Shown here: in pieces, positions 18,377-29,214 of the stretch
How the letters are laid out: each line of letters begins with the position of its first letter
Numbering within the stretch: position 1 is the first letter of the stretch
Source of the DNA: an archaeon
GTDB taxonomy: Archaea > Nanobdellota > Nanobdellia > Pacearchaeales > GW2011-AR1
NCBI GenBank assembly: GCA_030620045.1
Contig: JAUXAD010000001.1
Span: 24,088 to 88,087, forward strand
Reading direction: 5' to 3'
DNA: 64,000 nucleotides
Program-made: the position numbers and the translations under genes
Notes under the pieces: model-generated
Seen by the model: only the letters and a program-made list of their open reading frames with translations
Told to the model about the DNA's origin: nothing
Databases searched by the model: none

Positions 18377-19215
18377 AAAATCGAGATAAAAACCTTAAGA
18401 ACACAACAGATGATATTTTAAAAAAGAAAAATATTGGTGAGCAAGAGAGGAACAAATTATGGTGGGAGGCGCATCCAATGACTTATGAAGATTGGGATAA
18501 GCAAAGGGAGTTGAGAATTCCTAAATCTAAAAAAGATTTTTTGAAAGTAGAAGAGAATTTTTTAAATGGAAACCCTTTTTTTAGGGGATTTGATTTTGGT
18601 GCATTTAAAAATAAAAAAGTTTTAGAAATTGGTTGTGGTTCTGGAGCAGCTTCTTGTTTATTTGCCAAGGGGGGAGCAAAAGTTGTCGCAGTGGATATAA
18701 CTAAAGAAGGGGTGGAAATGACAAGGAAAAATGCGAATTTTCAAAACTTAAAAATTAAAGTTTTGCGAGCAGATGCAAAAAACTTAGATTTTCCTAATGA
18801 GAACTTTGATTATATTTTCTCCTGGGGAGTTTTGCACCATTCACAAAATACAATAAAGGCCTTCAAAGAAGTTTCGAGGGTTTTAAGAAAAGGAGTATCT
18901 GGATTAATAATGGTATATAACAAAAATAGTTTGAGATATTATATCAATGGTTTAAACTGGCTAATCTTGAAAGGTAAAATTTTCAAGGGCTATAATTTAG
19001 AAAAAGTTCAAGATTTTTATACAGATGGCTACTACCATAGACATTTTACTGCAAGAGAATTAAAAAAAGAATTGGGAAAATTAGGTTTAAAATGTGATAA
19101 GATTATTATTACGCATATGGGGACTAAGATGATTCCTTTTCTTCCGAAGTTTATTATATTATGGTTAAAGGATCACTTCGGATGGTTGTTGATTATTAAA
19201 TTTAAGAAAGAGTGA
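18373..19215 (+). CDS. class I SAM-dependent methyltransferase (paralogue of 36990-37742)
   Basis: VLEIGCGSGAASCLFAKGGAKVVAVDIT motifs I and post-I; about 75% nt identity to the inverted paralogue. Confidence 0.7.
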   Translation: MKNRDKNLKNTTDDILKKKNIGEQERNKLWWEAHPMTYEDWDKQRELRIPKSKKDFLKVEENFLNGNPFFRGFDFGAFKNKKVLEIGCGSGAASCLFAKGGAKVVAVDITKEGVEMTRKNANFQNLKIKVLRADAKNLDFPNENFDYIFSWGVLHHSQNTIKAFKEVSRVLRKGVSGLIMVYNKNSLRYYINGLNWLILKGKIFKGYNLEKVQDFYTDGYYHRHFTARELKKELGKLGLKCDKIIITHMGTKMIPFLPKFIILWLKDHFGWLLIIKFKKE

Positions 19216-21034
19216 CTTGGTTATTGTTCCAATACTCATACCATTTATAAAATAAAAAAAGTCTTGTTTTGTAAGTCATAGAAACCTTATCCTTTTTATT
19301 CAAGATTTTAAGGGAAAAACTTTTCCATTCTTTGTTCAAAAGATTTTTTTTATCTAATTCATTTATTATACGATTAAAATCGTTTTTTTCATTTACCCAT
19401 TCGACTATTGGAGGCATAAAGCCTTCTTTTTTTCTTTTTATTATCTTTTTAGGGAGATAGTTTTTTAACATCTCTTTCATAAGTATTTTTGTTTCTGAAT
19501 AAGATATCTTCCATTTTGTTGGAATCTTCGATGAAAGTTCAAAAAACCTATAATCGAGAAAAGGGCACCTTACTTCTAAAGATTTAGACATTGAGGTCCT
19601 ATCTGTTTTTGTTAAAAAATTATCCGGGATTGTATAAAAATATAAATCCATCATTATAATTGCTTCTGTTAGATTGTCTTTAGTCAAATTTAGGAAATAT
19701 TTTAATTTCTCTCTCATTAATTTTTTATATATTTCTGGTTTATAAACATAAGATCTTGCTTCTGAATAAAAATCTTCTTTATTAAATAAACTAAGTCTAA
19801 TCCCCTCATTAATATTATTTAATTTAGAATAATTAGGAATAATTTTTAATAAAATTTTTCTAAAAAATATTGGAATTTTTTTTAATAATTCTATTTTAGA
19901 AGCAATATTATATCTTGGATATCCTCCAAAAATTTCGTCTCCTCCATCTCCACTTAATGAAACAGTGATGTATTTTTTAGACATCTTAGATAAAGGAATA
20001 GAAGGAAACATTGAATGGTCAAAAAAAGGTTCATCAAAATAATAAAACATCTCTTTTAAGAGAGATTCAAAATCATTTCTATTAAAATATTCATGATGAT
20101 GTTTTGTCTTTAGAAGATTCTTCATCATGTCTGAATAAGGTGTCTCATCATTACCTTCCTTAAATCCTATAGAAAAAGTATGTAATTTTTTTAAATCGAC
20201 AAATTTTGACATTTTAGAAACGATTGCAGAACTATCTAGCCCTCCACTAAGAAAGGCGCCTAATGGAACATCAGAGATTAATCTTAAATTTATCGAATCT
20301 TCAAATATTTTATCTGCTTCTTTAATAAGCTGTTTTTTATTTTCTACAGGAGTATATTTAGGAATTTTATAATAGTATTCTTTTTTTAGAGTAGTTTTAT
20401 TTATATCAAAAACAAGATTTTGCCTAGCCTCAAGCTTGAAAATATTTTTGTATATTGAGAAAGGGGCAGGGATAAACCCCATTGAAAGATATAAATCAAC
20501 TCCTTTTTCATTTATTTCAACATTTATTTTATGTTTAATAATTGCTTTTAGTTCTGAAGAGAAAATAAATTTCTTTCCATCGTAGAAATAATAAAGAGGT
20601 TTTTTCCCAGCTCTGTCTCTGCTTAAAAATAAAATTTTTTTATTCATATCATAAATACAAAAAGCCCACATTCCATTAAATTTTTTAACACAATCAACCC
20701 CCCACTCTAAATAACTTGCTAAAATGACTTCTGTATCTGTTTTACTTTTAAATTTATATCCCTTTTTTTCTAAATCTTTTTTTAGTTCAGAAAAATTATA
20801 GATTTCTCCATTATGTACAATTATTACTTTTCTTTTTTTATGGGAATAAGTCATTGGTTGTGAACCTTTTTTAGATAAATCTATTATTGAAAGTCTTCTA
20901 TGTCCAAGGGAAACAATTTTATTAGAATAAATACCTTCAGAATCAGGGCCCCTATGTTTAAGAGAATCATTCATTCTTTTCAATGTATTTCTATTTACAA
21001 AGTTGAATCCGTTTATTCCACACATGACAATCAA
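19202..21034 (-). CDS. asnB: asparagine synthase (glutamine-hydrolysing) family amidotransferase
   Basis: N-terminal MCGI nucleophile; SGGLDSS PP-loop. Confidence 0.8.
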   Translation of the reverse strand: MIVMCGINGFNFVNRNTLKRMNDSLKHRGPDSEGIYSNKIVSLGHRRLSIIDLSKKGSQPMTYSHKKRKVIIVHNGEIYNFSELKKDLEKKGYKFKSKTDTEVILASYLEWGVDCVKKFNGMWAFCIYDMNKKILFLSRDRAGKKPLYYFYDGKKFIFSSELKAIIKHKINVEINEKGVDLYLSMGFIPAPFSIYKNIFKLEARQNLVFDINKTTLKKEYYYKIPKYTPVENKKQLIKEADKIFEDSINLRLISDVPLGAFLSGGLDSSAIVSKMSKFVDLKKLHTFSIGFKEGNDETPYSDMMKNLLKTKHHHEYFNRNDFESLLKEMFYYFDEPFFDHSMFPSIPLSKMSKKYITVSLSGDGGDEIFGGYPRYNIASKIELLKKIPIFFRKILLKIIPNYSKLNNINEGIRLSLFNKEDFYSEARSYVYKPEIYKKLMREKLKYFLNLTKDNLTEAIIMMDLYFYTIPDNFLTKTDRTSMSKSLEVRCPFLDYRFFELSSKIPTKWKISYSETKILMKEMLKNYLPKKIIKRKKEGFMPPIVEWVNEKNDFNRIINELDKKNLLNKEWKSFSLKILNKKDKVSMTYKTRLFLFYKWYEYWNNNQVTLS

Positions 21035-21067
21035 ATAGAATTAAGGTTTATAAAATTATTAATAAAA

Positions 21068-21958
21068 TTAACCACTAAATTTATTGAATTTTATTTTTTT
21101 ATTTTTTAGGAAAATTCTTATTACACGGTAAGGAATAATAATTAGGTAATCTATTAGTAAAATAAGAAACTTAGAAGGATTTTTTTTGTCAAATCTTCGT
21201 GATTCTATTGAAAAGAGTAGCTTCTGGGTTAGATGAGGATTTTCTTTTGCTTGTAAAACTGTTTTATAATGATTTCCATAAACCGAACCTTGATAAGTAA
21301 GATATCCCTCAAGCCAGTAGACTTTCATTTTGTTCATTTTTTCATAATATCTCATATCAAGATCATGTGGAAAAGATGCTTTTTCCATATTAAGAAATTT
21401 TTTTGCCCCTTCAAATGAGATAAAGTATGAAGCAGTTGTCCTTGTTAAAAATCCATTATAGGGAAAATATTCCAACTTACTTATTCTCTTTTGCCATCTG
21501 AAGTAGATTCCACTGTCAGTATAAGCAACATCAAAAGACCTTGGAAGCTCTTGAATACATTTTATTAACCTATCTAAGAAATCTTCCTCGAGAATTACAT
21601 CATCTTCTAAAATAAGTGCTAAAGAATTTTTTCGCTTAACCACTTTTTTATATATCTCAAGATGGTTTAAGTTAAGATTTAGTTCTGAACTGTTGGGTTT
21701 TAGAAGTTTCTTAGGACCATCGACAAACTTAAGCCTCCTTGTCCATTCTTCTTGAGAAATAAAATTAAACTTGGAAAACTCCTTTTCTGTATATTGGCCC
21801 GGCTTTTGAATAAACCAAGATACAAATTTATCTAACCCTATTTCTCTCAACCTCTTTTTTAAATAAGTCCTTCTTTCCTTAAGGGGGAGATAATTTATTA
21901 CATATATTTTAATATTTTTTTCTTTAATCAACTTAGTAACAGTAGAAATTTTCTTCAT
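21068..21958 (-). CDS. glycosyltransferase, GT25-like
   Basis: N-terminal IYVINYLPLKERRTYLKKRL resembles the GT25 start (iyvINL.rs.eRR). Confidence 0.4.
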   Translation of the reverse strand: MKKISTVTKLIKEKNIKIYVINYLPLKERRTYLKKRLREIGLDKFVSWFIQKPGQYTEKEFSKFNFISQEEWTRRLKFVDGPKKLLKPNSSELNLNLNHLEIYKKVVKRKNSLALILEDDVILEEDFLDRLIKCIQELPRSFDVAYTDSGIYFRWQKRISKLEYFPYNGFLTRTTASYFISFEGAKKFLNMEKASFPHDLDMRYYEKMNKMKVYWLEGYLTYQGSVYGNHYKTVLQAKENPHLTQKLLFSIESRRFDKKNPSKFLILLIDYLIIIPYRVIRIFLKNKKIKFNKFSG

Positions 21959-22877
21959 CGAAATTATTTAATGCTATTTTATAATCCTCCCGCAAAGATT
22001 TAATAATTTTAGGGAGTCTCTTTTTATCTGAAGTTTTATGATAAGCAGACAAAGATAGGACAGGTTTATCTTTTTCTATTATTTTTTTGGCACCCAATAA
22101 AACATTTTCCTCAAATCCTTCAACATCCATTTTGATAAATCCTATCTTAGAAATTTTATTCTTTTTAATAAAATCATCAAGTTTAATAACTTCTATTTTT
22201 TCAGAATCTTTACTCTTGATTTTTGAGCCTATTCTTGCTGCACCATCTCCCACGAAATCGAAATGAATAATAGCAGTTTCATTCTTATCCCCCAATGCTT
22301 TTGGAATAACTTTTATTTTTTTACTCAGGCCATTGATCTTTATATTTGTCAATAAGATTTTATTAGTTTTAGAAACTGGTTCAAAAGCATATACTTTTTT
22401 CGCTCCCATGAGAACAGCCAATAAAGAAAATTCCCCATTATGAGATCCTGCATCAATAACAATTTTATTTTTGATGTTTTTTTTATCTAATGCATATTGA
22501 TTATTCACGATAACTCCTCTTAAGTCTCCTAATAAATTAAGTAAATGAATATCCTTTAAATCAAAAGAAATCTTTTTACCTAAAATATAAACTTCTAGTC
22601 TTAAGATTTTTCTAAATTTTATTTTTGGAAAAATTAGGGAAATTAATGCTTGTTCAGTCAATGCAACACCTTTTTTTGTAATCTTTCTAAAATAAGCTGT
22701 TGAAATAATTTTTATTAATTTAGTTTTATTTAGTTTTAAGAAAAATGTTTTCAAAGGCCTCTTTGGATTAATTCTACTTATTAAAAAAAAATTTTTTAGT
22801 CCTGAAGAGCTTATTTCAATCTTTTGGCCAAAATTTGCGATTAACCCAATTTTTTTTATCTTTATTTTTTCTATCAT
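21933..22877 (-). CDS. FkbM-family methyltransferase
   Basis: VIDAGSHNGEFSL ... VYAFEP ... IKMDVEGFEENVL (FkbM pattern). Confidence 0.65.
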   Translation of the reverse strand: MIEKIKIKKIGLIANFGQKIEISSSGLKNFFLISRINPKRPLKTFFLKLNKTKLIKIISTAYFRKITKKGVALTEQALISLIFPKIKFRKILRLEVYILGKKISFDLKDIHLLNLLGDLRGVIVNNQYALDKKNIKNKIVIDAGSHNGEFSLLAVLMGAKKVYAFEPVSKTNKILLTNIKINGLSKKIKVIPKALGDKNETAIIHFDFVGDGAARIGSKIKSKDSEKIEVIKLDDFIKKNKISKIGFIKMDVEGFEENVLLGAKKIIEKDKPVLSLSAYHKTSDKKRLPKIIKSLREDYKIALNNFDEENFYCY

Positions 22878-22936
22878 TTTTTATGAAAAATTAGTAGATT
22901 TAAAGATTTATGCTAGTTTAGAAATATCTCTCTTTA

Positions 22937-24232
22937 TCAACAATTATAAATTTTATGAGCTGCTTTAGAGTTAGCATTATATCTATCAGCAAATTTCATA
23001 AACTCAATTATTTTTTCTCGAGGTACATTTCCTGCCAAAACCTTCATGCTATGATGATTAGCCTCTTCTCTTGCAAAATCAATGCCATTACCCTGTTTTG
23101 AGAATCCGGTTCCTGGGTAAGGAGTATAGATCGAGGTGCTAATATAAGAAGGCCTCACGTTATTAATTAATTCCATAGTTTTATCTACATCAGCAGAGAT
23201 TTCGCCAGGAACTCCTACCATAATATAGGCTAACCAAGGGATAGAATGTTTATTAATCAATTTCGCCGCATATTCTATTTGTGAGATAGTAATTCGTTTA
23301 TTCATCAAATCCAACACATTTTGACTCCCACTTTCAATTCCAACTTTAATCATAGAACATCCAGAGCAAGCCATTTTCTCCAACATATTCTCATCAAGCT
23401 TATCGACTCGAGTTAGACAACCCCATTTATAACCTCTATCACTAATCTTCTTACAAAATTCTCCAACCCGCTTCTTCTCCAATGTGAATGTGTCATCAAC
23501 CAAATAAAATTGATTTGTTCCATAAGTATTATGTATAGAATCCATTTCTCTTATTACATCATCAATATCTCTTTTTCTTACAATTTTCCCCCATAGGCTT
23601 TCTGAGCAACAAAAATTACAAGACCCAGAACAACCACGAGCAGTCATAACAAAACCCAGATCATTGGGCTGATAATCCTTTAACCCGATTAATGTTTCTC
23701 TTGCTGGCCATGCCAAATATTTAATATCTCTTATTCTATCTGCTTTTACAACTTTTTCGGTTAATGCTCTCTCAAAAACAGCCTCCCCTTCTCCCTGTAC
23801 AACACTATCAACATAATTACTTTGTAATGCATCCTCAGGATAGATTGTTACATGGGGTCCACCAGCTATAACCCTTTCTACTCCTAGACTTTTAGCAATT
23901 TGTGCTATTTTTAACCCACTCCTTAACTTAGTTGAAATCATAGAAATACCAACTACGTCGGGCTTTGATTCCTCAATATGCGATGCGATGCTACTCCATA
24001 TGGGGTGATTTCCATTATGCAAATTATTCAAATATTCATCATAATGCTCTATTTTCGCCATAAACGGATATGGAATCCCGTTAGGATTATAATCTGAATC
24101 AAGAACCTCAACAGAATGTCCCTTTCTTTTCAACTCCCCAGCTAAAGAAAGTAATCCAATCGGAATTCCGTTTTTAGAGAAATTCATAAACTTCTGGAAT
24201 GGGGGATCTATCAATAAAATTTTCTTTCTCAT
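22937..24232 (-). CDS. B12-binding domain radical SAM protein (class B)
   Basis: N-terminal Rossmann-like B12-binding region; CSGSCNFCC CxxxCxxC radical SAM motif. Confidence 0.75.
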   Translation of the reverse strand: MRKKILLIDPPFQKFMNFSKNGIPIGLLSLAGELKRKGHSVEVLDSDYNPNGIPYPFMAKIEHYDEYLNNLHNGNHPIWSSIASHIEESKPDVVGISMISTKLRSGLKIAQIAKSLGVERVIAGGPHVTIYPEDALQSNYVDSVVQGEGEAVFERALTEKVVKADRIRDIKYLAWPARETLIGLKDYQPNDLGFVMTARGCSGSCNFCCSESLWGKIVRKRDIDDVIREMDSIHNTYGTNQFYLVDDTFTLEKKRVGEFCKKISDRGYKWGCLTRVDKLDENMLEKMACSGCSMIKVGIESGSQNVLDLMNKRITISQIEYAAKLINKHSIPWLAYIMVGVPGEISADVDKTMELINNVRPSYISTSIYTPYPGTGFSKQGNGIDFAREEANHHSMKVLAGNVPREKIIEFMKFADRYNANSKAAHKIYNC

Positions 24233-24294
24233 ATTATTTTAGAAAGTTATACATTTAAAACTTTTCCGATACTTTAGTATGTATAATAATTGAA

Positions 24295-25083
24295 TTAATA
24301 TCCACTCCTTTTTTTAAAAATGGCCTTAATAATTGAACTTCTTTTTATAAAATTTGGGAATATTTTTCTAACAACATTAAACTTCTTTTGTAAAGTAATA
24401 AAAATTATTGGGCTTACAAGTGAAGGGATTGGTGATTTGGTTTTTTCTAGTTCTTTTTTTAAAAAACTATTGGATTTAATCTTACCCTTTCTTACATATA
24501 AAATAGTGTTTTGATAATACCAAGGTTCAACATTTTCATTCCCCCAAAAATTAAGACGAATTGCATCAATTGCAACAAATCCCTCTTTTCTGAATCTCTT
24601 TTCCCAATAATCTGGCCATTGTTCATTAACATGGTTTGTTCCTCCTCCCTGATCTGGAATAGAAGCGGAAAATAAAACTATATCACTACATGATGTTAAA
24701 CTTTTAACTAAAGCGTCTCCAGCTTCTTTATTTAAATGTTCAGCGACCTCTAAAGATAATGCAATATCATATTTTTTAATTGGCTTAAATGATTTTATTA
24801 AATCATTTAAATTATGTATTATAAGGTTCTTTTGATTAATTACAAGTGATTCATTAGAGTTTGTTCCATCGACCCCAGTTATATCTTTCACACCCATATC
24901 CTCAAATATCTTTAACCAAGTTCCACATCCGCAACCTATATCTATCACACTATTAATCTTTAAATTTTTTAACAAAAAAGGGACAATCTCCTTCGCAGAG
25001 TTTAATGAACCCTTTTTCAAGTTCTTAAAAAACTCTGAATCATAATTTTCATGATTAGACATTTTATTTAGGCAAGACTCCAA
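24295..25083 (-). CDS. class I SAM-dependent methyltransferase (paralogue of 36221-36913)
   Basis: VIDIGCGCGTW ... GVDG ... LEVAEHL; shared IPxQGGGTNHVNEQW block with the paralogue. Confidence 0.65.
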   Translation of the reverse strand: MESCLNKMSNHENYDSEFFKNLKKGSLNSAKEIVPFLLKNLKINSVIDIGCGCGTWLKIFEDMGVKDITGVDGTNSNESLVINQKNLIIHNLNDLIKSFKPIKKYDIALSLEVAEHLNKEAGDALVKSLTSCSDIVLFSASIPDQGGGTNHVNEQWPDYWEKRFRKEGFVAIDAIRLNFWGNENVEPWYYQNTILYVRKGKIKSNSFLKKELEKTKSPIPSLVSPIIFITLQKKFNVVRKIFPNFIKRSSIIKAIFKKRSGY

Positions 25084-25342
25084 ACTTTTTAGATTTTAAA
25101 TTCAATGTAATCAACGAATAATACATAATAGCACTATATTTTATCATCTTTTTAAAGTATTTTATTCATTCGTTGTAGTATGAATCAAAAAATCCCCCAC
25201 ATACATTTTAACAAAATCAATCCTTTTTAATTTCTGCCCAGAATCTGAAACAAGAACAATTTTTTTATTTTAAATCATCCATATTCAATTTGACAAATAA
25301 AACTTTAAAAACTATCCAATTCAAAAAAAGCCTATTAAGAGT

Positions 25343-26707
25343 TTAAACCCCACCATATTTCACATAATCTTTCAACGTCTCTTTCTTATCCTTCTTTAAA
25401 TCTTCATGCATTTTCGTTCCAGGAAAAGCCGCACAAGACGAAAGCTGAAAATGTCTATACTTATTAGCCCGATGAGGAAACCCAAGATTTTGCTCATAAC
25501 CCATCTCTTCCAAAATTTTCATATCCTTCAAATGAATTTCCTTAGTCTGCCCAGGAAGATTTTTCATCATAGTCAAATGAAACATAATCTTCGGGTACTT
25601 TTTCGAAAGATTTTTTATCGTGTCTAAAAAATTAATATTTTCCAACCCTTTATTAACATTTTTCAAAACATCTCTATTGAATGTTTCAACACCAAATCTC
25701 ACACCCACACATCCACAATTAATCATTTTTTCAAATAACCACTGAGGAGAACAATCCAACCTTCCCATAACAGTCCAAGGAAGTCCAATTTTTTTCAACC
25801 CATCACTTAATTCACTAATTCTCTCTGTCCCCAAATTAAATGTATCATCATCAAAAAAAATACTTTTGTATTTATGCCTTTTAAGATTATCTTTAATTTC
25901 CTGAATAATCTTTTCTGGATTCCTCAAAGAAACCTTTCCGCAATACATAGTTTGTGGCCACATGCAAAAAGTACATTTGAAAGGACATCCTTTGCTTCCC
26001 CAAATTTGAAGCTGTGGGCTAAGAGTGTTCATAGAAGGATCATAATAATTTGGAGCAGAAGAATAGTCCCTAAATGGGAAAGGCAAAGAATCCAAATTTT
26101 CAACAACTTCTGATTTGTAAACACCACTTTTTTTTGCCTCAACCATTTTTAATGAACTTAAAATATATTCCCCCGGAAGAAAATATTTCACGAAAGGTGC
26201 CTGCCTTTGAACTTCTTCACATTTCAAAGTAAGATGCGGTCCCGCAAGAGCAACCTCAGAAAATTTAGAAACTTCCCTCGCGATTAATAAATCAATATCT
26301 ATAGTCGGAGTCGAACACTCAATCACGACCAGAGAAGGTTTTTTTCTCTTAAGCTTTTTCAAAAAATTAGAATAAGAAAAATATTCATCAGCAATGGCAT
26401 CAAAAATTTCCGCATCATAATTTTTTGACCTTAAATATGAAACAGCATAATTCATTATAAAAGGATAATTTAACGCCCCAAAAGGTTTTTTTGCGGCAAA
26501 GGGCCACCTTGAGCCAGCTCTTTGACCAAATCTAACGCTTCCATAACTAAAGACCAAAAAGTTATATAATCTTTCAAAAATTTTTGGAAGTCGCATTTTT
26601 TTTATACTTCTTAGAAATCTTATCCTAAAATCCTTCTCAATAGAAAAATCCCTTACAACCTCTCCATTATATCTCATAAAAGGCAGATTAACAAAAATCA
26701 CTTTCAT
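25343..26707 (-). CDS. B12-binding domain radical SAM protein (class B)
   Basis: GCPFKCTFCMWP radical SAM motif with an upstream B12-binding-like domain. Confidence 0.7.
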   Translation of the reverse strand: MKVIFVNLPFMRYNGEVVRDFSIEKDFRIRFLRSIKKMRLPKIFERLYNFLVFSYGSVRFGQRAGSRWPFAAKKPFGALNYPFIMNYAVSYLRSKNYDAEIFDAIADEYFSYSNFLKKLKRKKPSLVVIECSTPTIDIDLLIAREVSKFSEVALAGPHLTLKCEEVQRQAPFVKYFLPGEYILSSLKMVEAKKSGVYKSEVVENLDSLPFPFRDYSSAPNYYDPSMNTLSPQLQIWGSKGCPFKCTFCMWPQTMYCGKVSLRNPEKIIQEIKDNLKRHKYKSIFFDDDTFNLGTERISELSDGLKKIGLPWTVMGRLDCSPQWLFEKMINCGCVGVRFGVETFNRDVLKNVNKGLENINFLDTIKNLSKKYPKIMFHLTMMKNLPGQTKEIHLKDMKILEEMGYEQNLGFPHRANKYRHFQLSSCAAFPGTKMHEDLKKDKKETLKDYVKYGGV

Positions 26708-27651
26708 TTTAAATCCTTCAAATATCTTAAAAGCAATTTAGATCTCTGTAAAACAGTTTCATCTTTTATTACTCTATTATAGCCTTCTTCAATAATCTTC
26801 TCCCTTTCACCATCATGTTCTAAATAATATTTTATTTTCTCCAATAAATCTTTACCTCCAGAAGTATATACTGCCCCACCACCTAAAACCTTCCTCAAAT
26901 AAGGAACATCATCTGTAATCAAAAATCCCTTACACGCAAGAATCTCAAAAGGCCTCGGCGTAGAAGCATCCATCTCAACAAAACCCCCACCCGTGCAATT
27001 CAAATTAATTTTAGAACTACCATATAAAATAGAAATATTTTCATTAGATATTTTTCCCTTCGATATTTTCCTCAATATCTTTTTATATCTAGGCATAAAA
27101 AAATAAAAATATTTCAACATCTCTTTCTTAGAATATCTCCACCCCCCAAATAATCCAAGATTAAAACGAACAGCAGGCAATATGAATTTCTCCATCCTTT
27201 CCCTACATTTAATATCATTCCCAACATATGTAACATTAAAACAATATTTCTCATTTTTCTCTCTTGGATAAAAAACCGATGTTTCCGCAGCAAATGTCAA
27301 CAACTCACTTTTATTCCCCATTTCTTTAGAAATCTTTCTCGCCTCCTCTGAAACAAATAAATACAAATCAAAACCATTCAACTCTTTCAATTTCTCAATC
27401 GCCTCTTTCCGAGGATATCCATTCTGAAAATATAGCACATGTTTTTTCGCCCACCTCCCAATCAACGGAGTATCATTAAGATAAATCATAAAATCAAATT
27501 TCTCTTCCGGCAATTTATTTGGAGCAAAAAGTTCTGCAGATTTAACCCCCTTTAATTTCAAAAGATTCTTACATAAATAACCAGCATATAAATGATCTCC
27601 TATAAATCTCCCCTCCACAATATTCCACTTTGAATAAAACCCTATTCTCAT
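26704..27651 (-). CDS. CgeB-like / DUF3880 glycosyltransferase
   Basis: ILYGSSKINLN ... RPFEILACKGFLITD C-terminal pattern. Confidence 0.45.
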   Translation of the reverse strand: MRIGFYSKWNIVEGRFIGDHLYAGYLCKNLLKLKGVKSAELFAPNKLPEEKFDFMIYLNDTPLIGRWAKKHVLYFQNGYPRKEAIEKLKELNGFDLYLFVSEEARKISKEMGNKSELLTFAAETSVFYPREKNEKYCFNVTYVGNDIKCRERMEKFILPAVRFNLGLFGGWRYSKKEMLKYFYFFMPRYKKILRKISKGKISNENISILYGSSKINLNCTGGGFVEMDASTPRPFEILACKGFLITDDVPYLRKVLGGGAVYTSGGKDLLEKIKYYLEHDGEREKIIEEGYNRVIKDETVLQRSKLLLRYLKDLK

Positions 27652-28997
27652 TTATTAAATTCCTCAACAATATAATCCCAAAAACTCTTCTTAAACTTTA
27701 TGATTCTAGAAGGTTTTAGCGAGGAGTCCTCCGGAAAACTAGAATTTCCCTCTTTTTTATAGACATCATAATTTGAGATATTCAAATGCTTCGCAAAATT
27801 TATCACAAAATCAAAACGACTCATTCTCTCCCCTCCGCTCAAATGAATAATTTTCTGATTTATTGTCTCCCAATTTTTGATAATCTCCTCCACATTCTCA
27901 CAAAATAATTCCCTCGGTGTCGGCGTAAAATAATTATTCGAAAACATCTCAGTCTTCTCGCCACTTCTTAACTTTTCTAAAATCCACTCAGAGAAAACCC
28001 CTCCCTTCCCAATAACTGCAGAAGTCCTAATTATTTTATAATCAACATCAGAACTCTCTAAAAATTTCTCACAAATTTTTTTCGTAAAACCATAATTTGT
28101 AGTAGGCGATGGGACATCTGTCTCAATATATGGAGCACTCTTCCCGTCAAAAATCCTATCCGAAGAGACATAGATCAACTTCGAATTCAATTCACTCTTT
28201 TTTAAAATCTCAACAAGAGAGAACAATGCTTCCGAATTAATTCTCAAGCCTTCCGCAGGATTTCTTTCACAAAATTCCGGTCTTTCCCCACTTAGCCAAA
28301 TTATAGTCTCTGGTTTTTTACTCAGAATATATTCTTCTAAGACCTTCTTATCAGTAACATCAACCTTATCAAATTCCTCTGAACGATACCCAGTCCCATA
28401 AACTTCAAAATTATTACCCAAAAAATCATAAAGACGCTTCCCAATAAATCCACTAGCCCCCACAATCAACACACTCCCACGATTATCCCTCTTTGAAAGA
28501 ATCGGATTTTTAATAGGATAACTAATATTAAACAACGGATTATCATACCGATACGTAAACTGCTTCAAATTCTCCGGATCATAATAAGACGATTGCTTAT
28601 AATGAAAAATAGCCCTATCACTAATCACAAGATGCGCATTCCCATATTTAGCAGGAACCAACACCTGATTCCTATTTTTTTCCGACAAAAAGAAAGATTC
28701 CCATTTCCCAAAATCTTCAGACTCCTTATCACAATTAACTACAACCAAATAAATTTCCCCCTCGAGACAAGAAATCAATTTCCAAGTTTTCGCATCTCCA
28801 TGAATCCCACGTAAAACATTTTTATAAGAAACCGAAATACAGTCTGTCAGAAACTCAACATTCTCTCCTATTTGTTCCTCAATAATTTTTGAATATTCTT
28901 TTTTATTATAAATCTCAACATAAAAACCCCGATTATCCTCAAAAATATAAGGACTAAACAGCAAGACATTTTTCAATGTCGTTTTCTGAACTTTCAT
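27648..28997 (-). CDS. bifunctional sugar-nucleotide 3,5-epimerase (RmlC-like cupin) / 4-reductase (RmlD-like)
   Basis: N-terminal FEDNRGFYVE ... RGIHGD cupin; C-terminal VLIVGASGFIGKRL Rossmann domain. Confidence 0.55.
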   Translation of the reverse strand: MKVQKTTLKNVLLFSPYIFEDNRGFYVEIYNKKEYSKIIEEQIGENVEFLTDCISVSYKNVLRGIHGDAKTWKLISCLEGEIYLVVVNCDKESEDFGKWESFFLSEKNRNQVLVPAKYGNAHLVISDRAIFHYKQSSYYDPENLKQFTYRYDNPLFNISYPIKNPILSKRDNRGSVLIVGASGFIGKRLYDFLGNNFEVYGTGYRSEEFDKVDVTDKKVLEEYILSKKPETIIWLSGERPEFCERNPAEGLRINSEALFSLVEILKKSELNSKLIYVSSDRIFDGKSAPYIETDVPSPTTNYGFTKKICEKFLESSDVDYKIIRTSAVIGKGGVFSEWILEKLRSGEKTEMFSNNYFTPTPRELFCENVEEIIKNWETINQKIIHLSGGERMSRFDFVINFAKHLNISNYDVYKKEGNSSFPEDSSLKPSRIIKFKKSFWDYIVEEFNK

Positions 28998-29214
28998 GTA
29001 AATTGAAAAATGATTTTATTTAAAAAGATAATTGTGATAGAATATTATGTTCATATAATTCCCCTTTTACAAAAGTGATTCTTCCTATTTTCACAGCTAC
29101 CACACCACTATTTCTATAAACATATCTGTGTAGAAGTTTGTCTATTAATTGTTTAAAATTCATTTTGTCGTCAAATTGAATTCGTTGAAAATTCCCTAAA
29201 ATATTAATTTCAAA

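Noticed and set aside
25083-25343. Imperfect inverted repeat (caacgaataa ... ttattcattcgttg) in the 260-bp spacer between two methyltransferase/radical SAM genes
   Set aside because: The short imperfect stem in an AT-rich promoter/terminator spacer is consistent with chance and with ordinary terminator structure.
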